Shown: one piece after another, positions 63,124 through 64,000 of the stretch | How positions within the stretch are numbered: position 1 is the stretch's first letter | Layout of the letters: each line of letters begins with the position of its first letter | Source of the DNA: Calditrichia bacterium | GTDB lineage: Bacteria > Calditrichota > Calditrichia > JAJRVZ01 | NCBI GenBank assembly: GCA_963796965.1 | Contig: CAWCNS010000011.1 | Location: 384,001-448,000 of the forward strand | Direction of reading: 5' to 3' | Length of the DNA stretch: 64,000 bases | Position numbers and translations under genes: made by a program | Notes under the pieces: model-generated | What the model was told of the DNA's origin: nothing | What the model saw: only the letters and a program-made list of their open reading frames with translations | Database searches by the model: none

Positions 63124-63138
63124 GCAAACATCGTACCA
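63124..63138 (-). promoter_or_regulatory. Sigma54 (-24/-12) promoter candidate
   Basis: Minus strand TGGTAC-GATGT-TTGC about 50 bp upstream of the membrane-protein gene. Confidence 0.6.
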
Positions 63139-63279
63139 ATACAATATTTAGAATCTTAAAATATTTATAATCAACTACTTATAAATATTAATAAATTGGG
63201 TAGGTCAGTGAATTCTTAGAGGATTGTTATGCAAGGTTTTTACATATATGTAGAAATAGAATAAAACAAAATGAAAATC

Positions 63280-63374
63280 AAACACAAAGTTCACAAAGAA
63301 ATCACAAAGAACACAAAATTAATTTACTATAATAACTTTGTGATCTTGGAGGCTACTTTGTGTTCTTTGTGTTT
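63280..63374. repeat. Periodic CACAAAG/CTTTGTG inverted-repeat element
   Basis: aaacacaaagttcacaaagaaatcacaaagaacacaaa...ctttgtgatctt...ctttgtgttctttgtgttt. Confidence 0.78.
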
Positions 63375-63398
63375 AGAAAAATTTCCCGTATTACAATT

Positions 63399-64000
63399 CT
63401 AATCGATTAACAATTTTCCATCATCCATTATTATATCACCATCGATTGTAACTGTTGGTTTTAAAATGACGCCATCCAAATGAATACCAACATCACAGGT
63501 ACCTCCCATACTCAGATTATTACCCAGGGCGATATGTACCGTACCCATAACCTTTTCGTCTTCCAATATTTCTCCCGTGACGATAGCCTGATCATTGGTC
63601 CCAATTCCCAATTCTGCGGCGTTATAAGCCTTTTTTCCCATTGGCATTAGTAGTGCATCGAGAGCACTGGCCTCTGCGCCCCCCTCAATTTTGATGGCAT
63701 ACCCATCCTTAACCGTTATCGTAATCGGTTTTTCAACAATCTTTCCTACTCCGGCAAATGAACCATCCACAATAAAAACCCCATGTGCTTTCCCCTCCGC
63801 TGGCATTAAATAGGATTCCCCACTTGGGAGATTTCCAAAAGAACCTTTCTCGGTGACAAGACCTGTTGATGAGATGGCATCTATGCCTTCAATCGGTATA
63901 TACAAATCGGTACCCAGATCTGTGGTAATATGCGCTTCTTTGCCAACATTTAGAATCTTTGTTAATTTTTCAGTGCGTTCGGCAATTTTATGATAATCTG
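63399..64000 (-). CDS. Aminopeptidase, M29/thermophilic metalloprotease-like (5' part outside the window)
   Basis: GNLPSGE, AELGIGTN, EDEKVMGTVHIALG and HLD motifs. Confidence 0.88.
   Translation of the reverse strand, partial: DYHKIAERTEKLTKILNVGKEAHITTDLGTDLYIPIEGIDAISSTGLVTEKGSFGNLPSGESYLMPAEGKAHGVFIVDGSFAGVGKIVEKPITITVKDGYAIKIEGGAEASALDALLMPMGKKAYNAAELGIGTNDQAIVTGEILEDEKVMGTVHIALGNNLSMGGTCDVGIHLDGVILKPTVTIDGDIIMDDGKLLID

Overview
AT-rich bacterial chromosomal segment (roughly 35-40% GC by eye). A Calditrichota/FCB-type origin is inferred from a T9SS-like 'QNYPNPFNP' C-terminal domain, many small beta-barrels and the intergenic repeat style. About 50 genes. At least 13 carry single-base frameshifts, many at homopolymers, which points to long-read consensus error rather than true pseudogenes. 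Main blocks: (1) FetAB-like ABC pair, sulfatase, BamA-like OMP, OmpA-TSP3 protein, PilZ and lipid-acting hydrolases; (2) a putative redox/nitrosative-stress region (DUF1858 and DUF438-hemerythrin-PAS proteins, DoxX fusion, Rrf2 regulator, octaheme HAO-like cytochrome); (3) a heme-c hybrid kinase-CheR-CheB operon ending in an unusual REC-PAS-Hpt-CheA-type kinase without CheW; (4) an SSS/GH88-like/epimerase/oxidoreductase sugar cluster; (5) an array of small OM barrels and DUF4136-like lipoproteins around nhaA; (6) a PLP enzyme/CDP-alcohol phosphotransferase/cytidylyltransferase operon; (7) MscS and a PAS hybrid kinase; (8) a membrane protein + vWA lipoprotein operon behind a sigma54-like promoter. 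Intergenic DNA is rich in GTAG-REP palindromes, periodic CACAAAG hairpins, a duplicated ~220-255 bp element carrying different nested mini-palindromes, and two candidate structured leader RNAs. No rRNA, tRNA, CRISPR array or transposase was seen.
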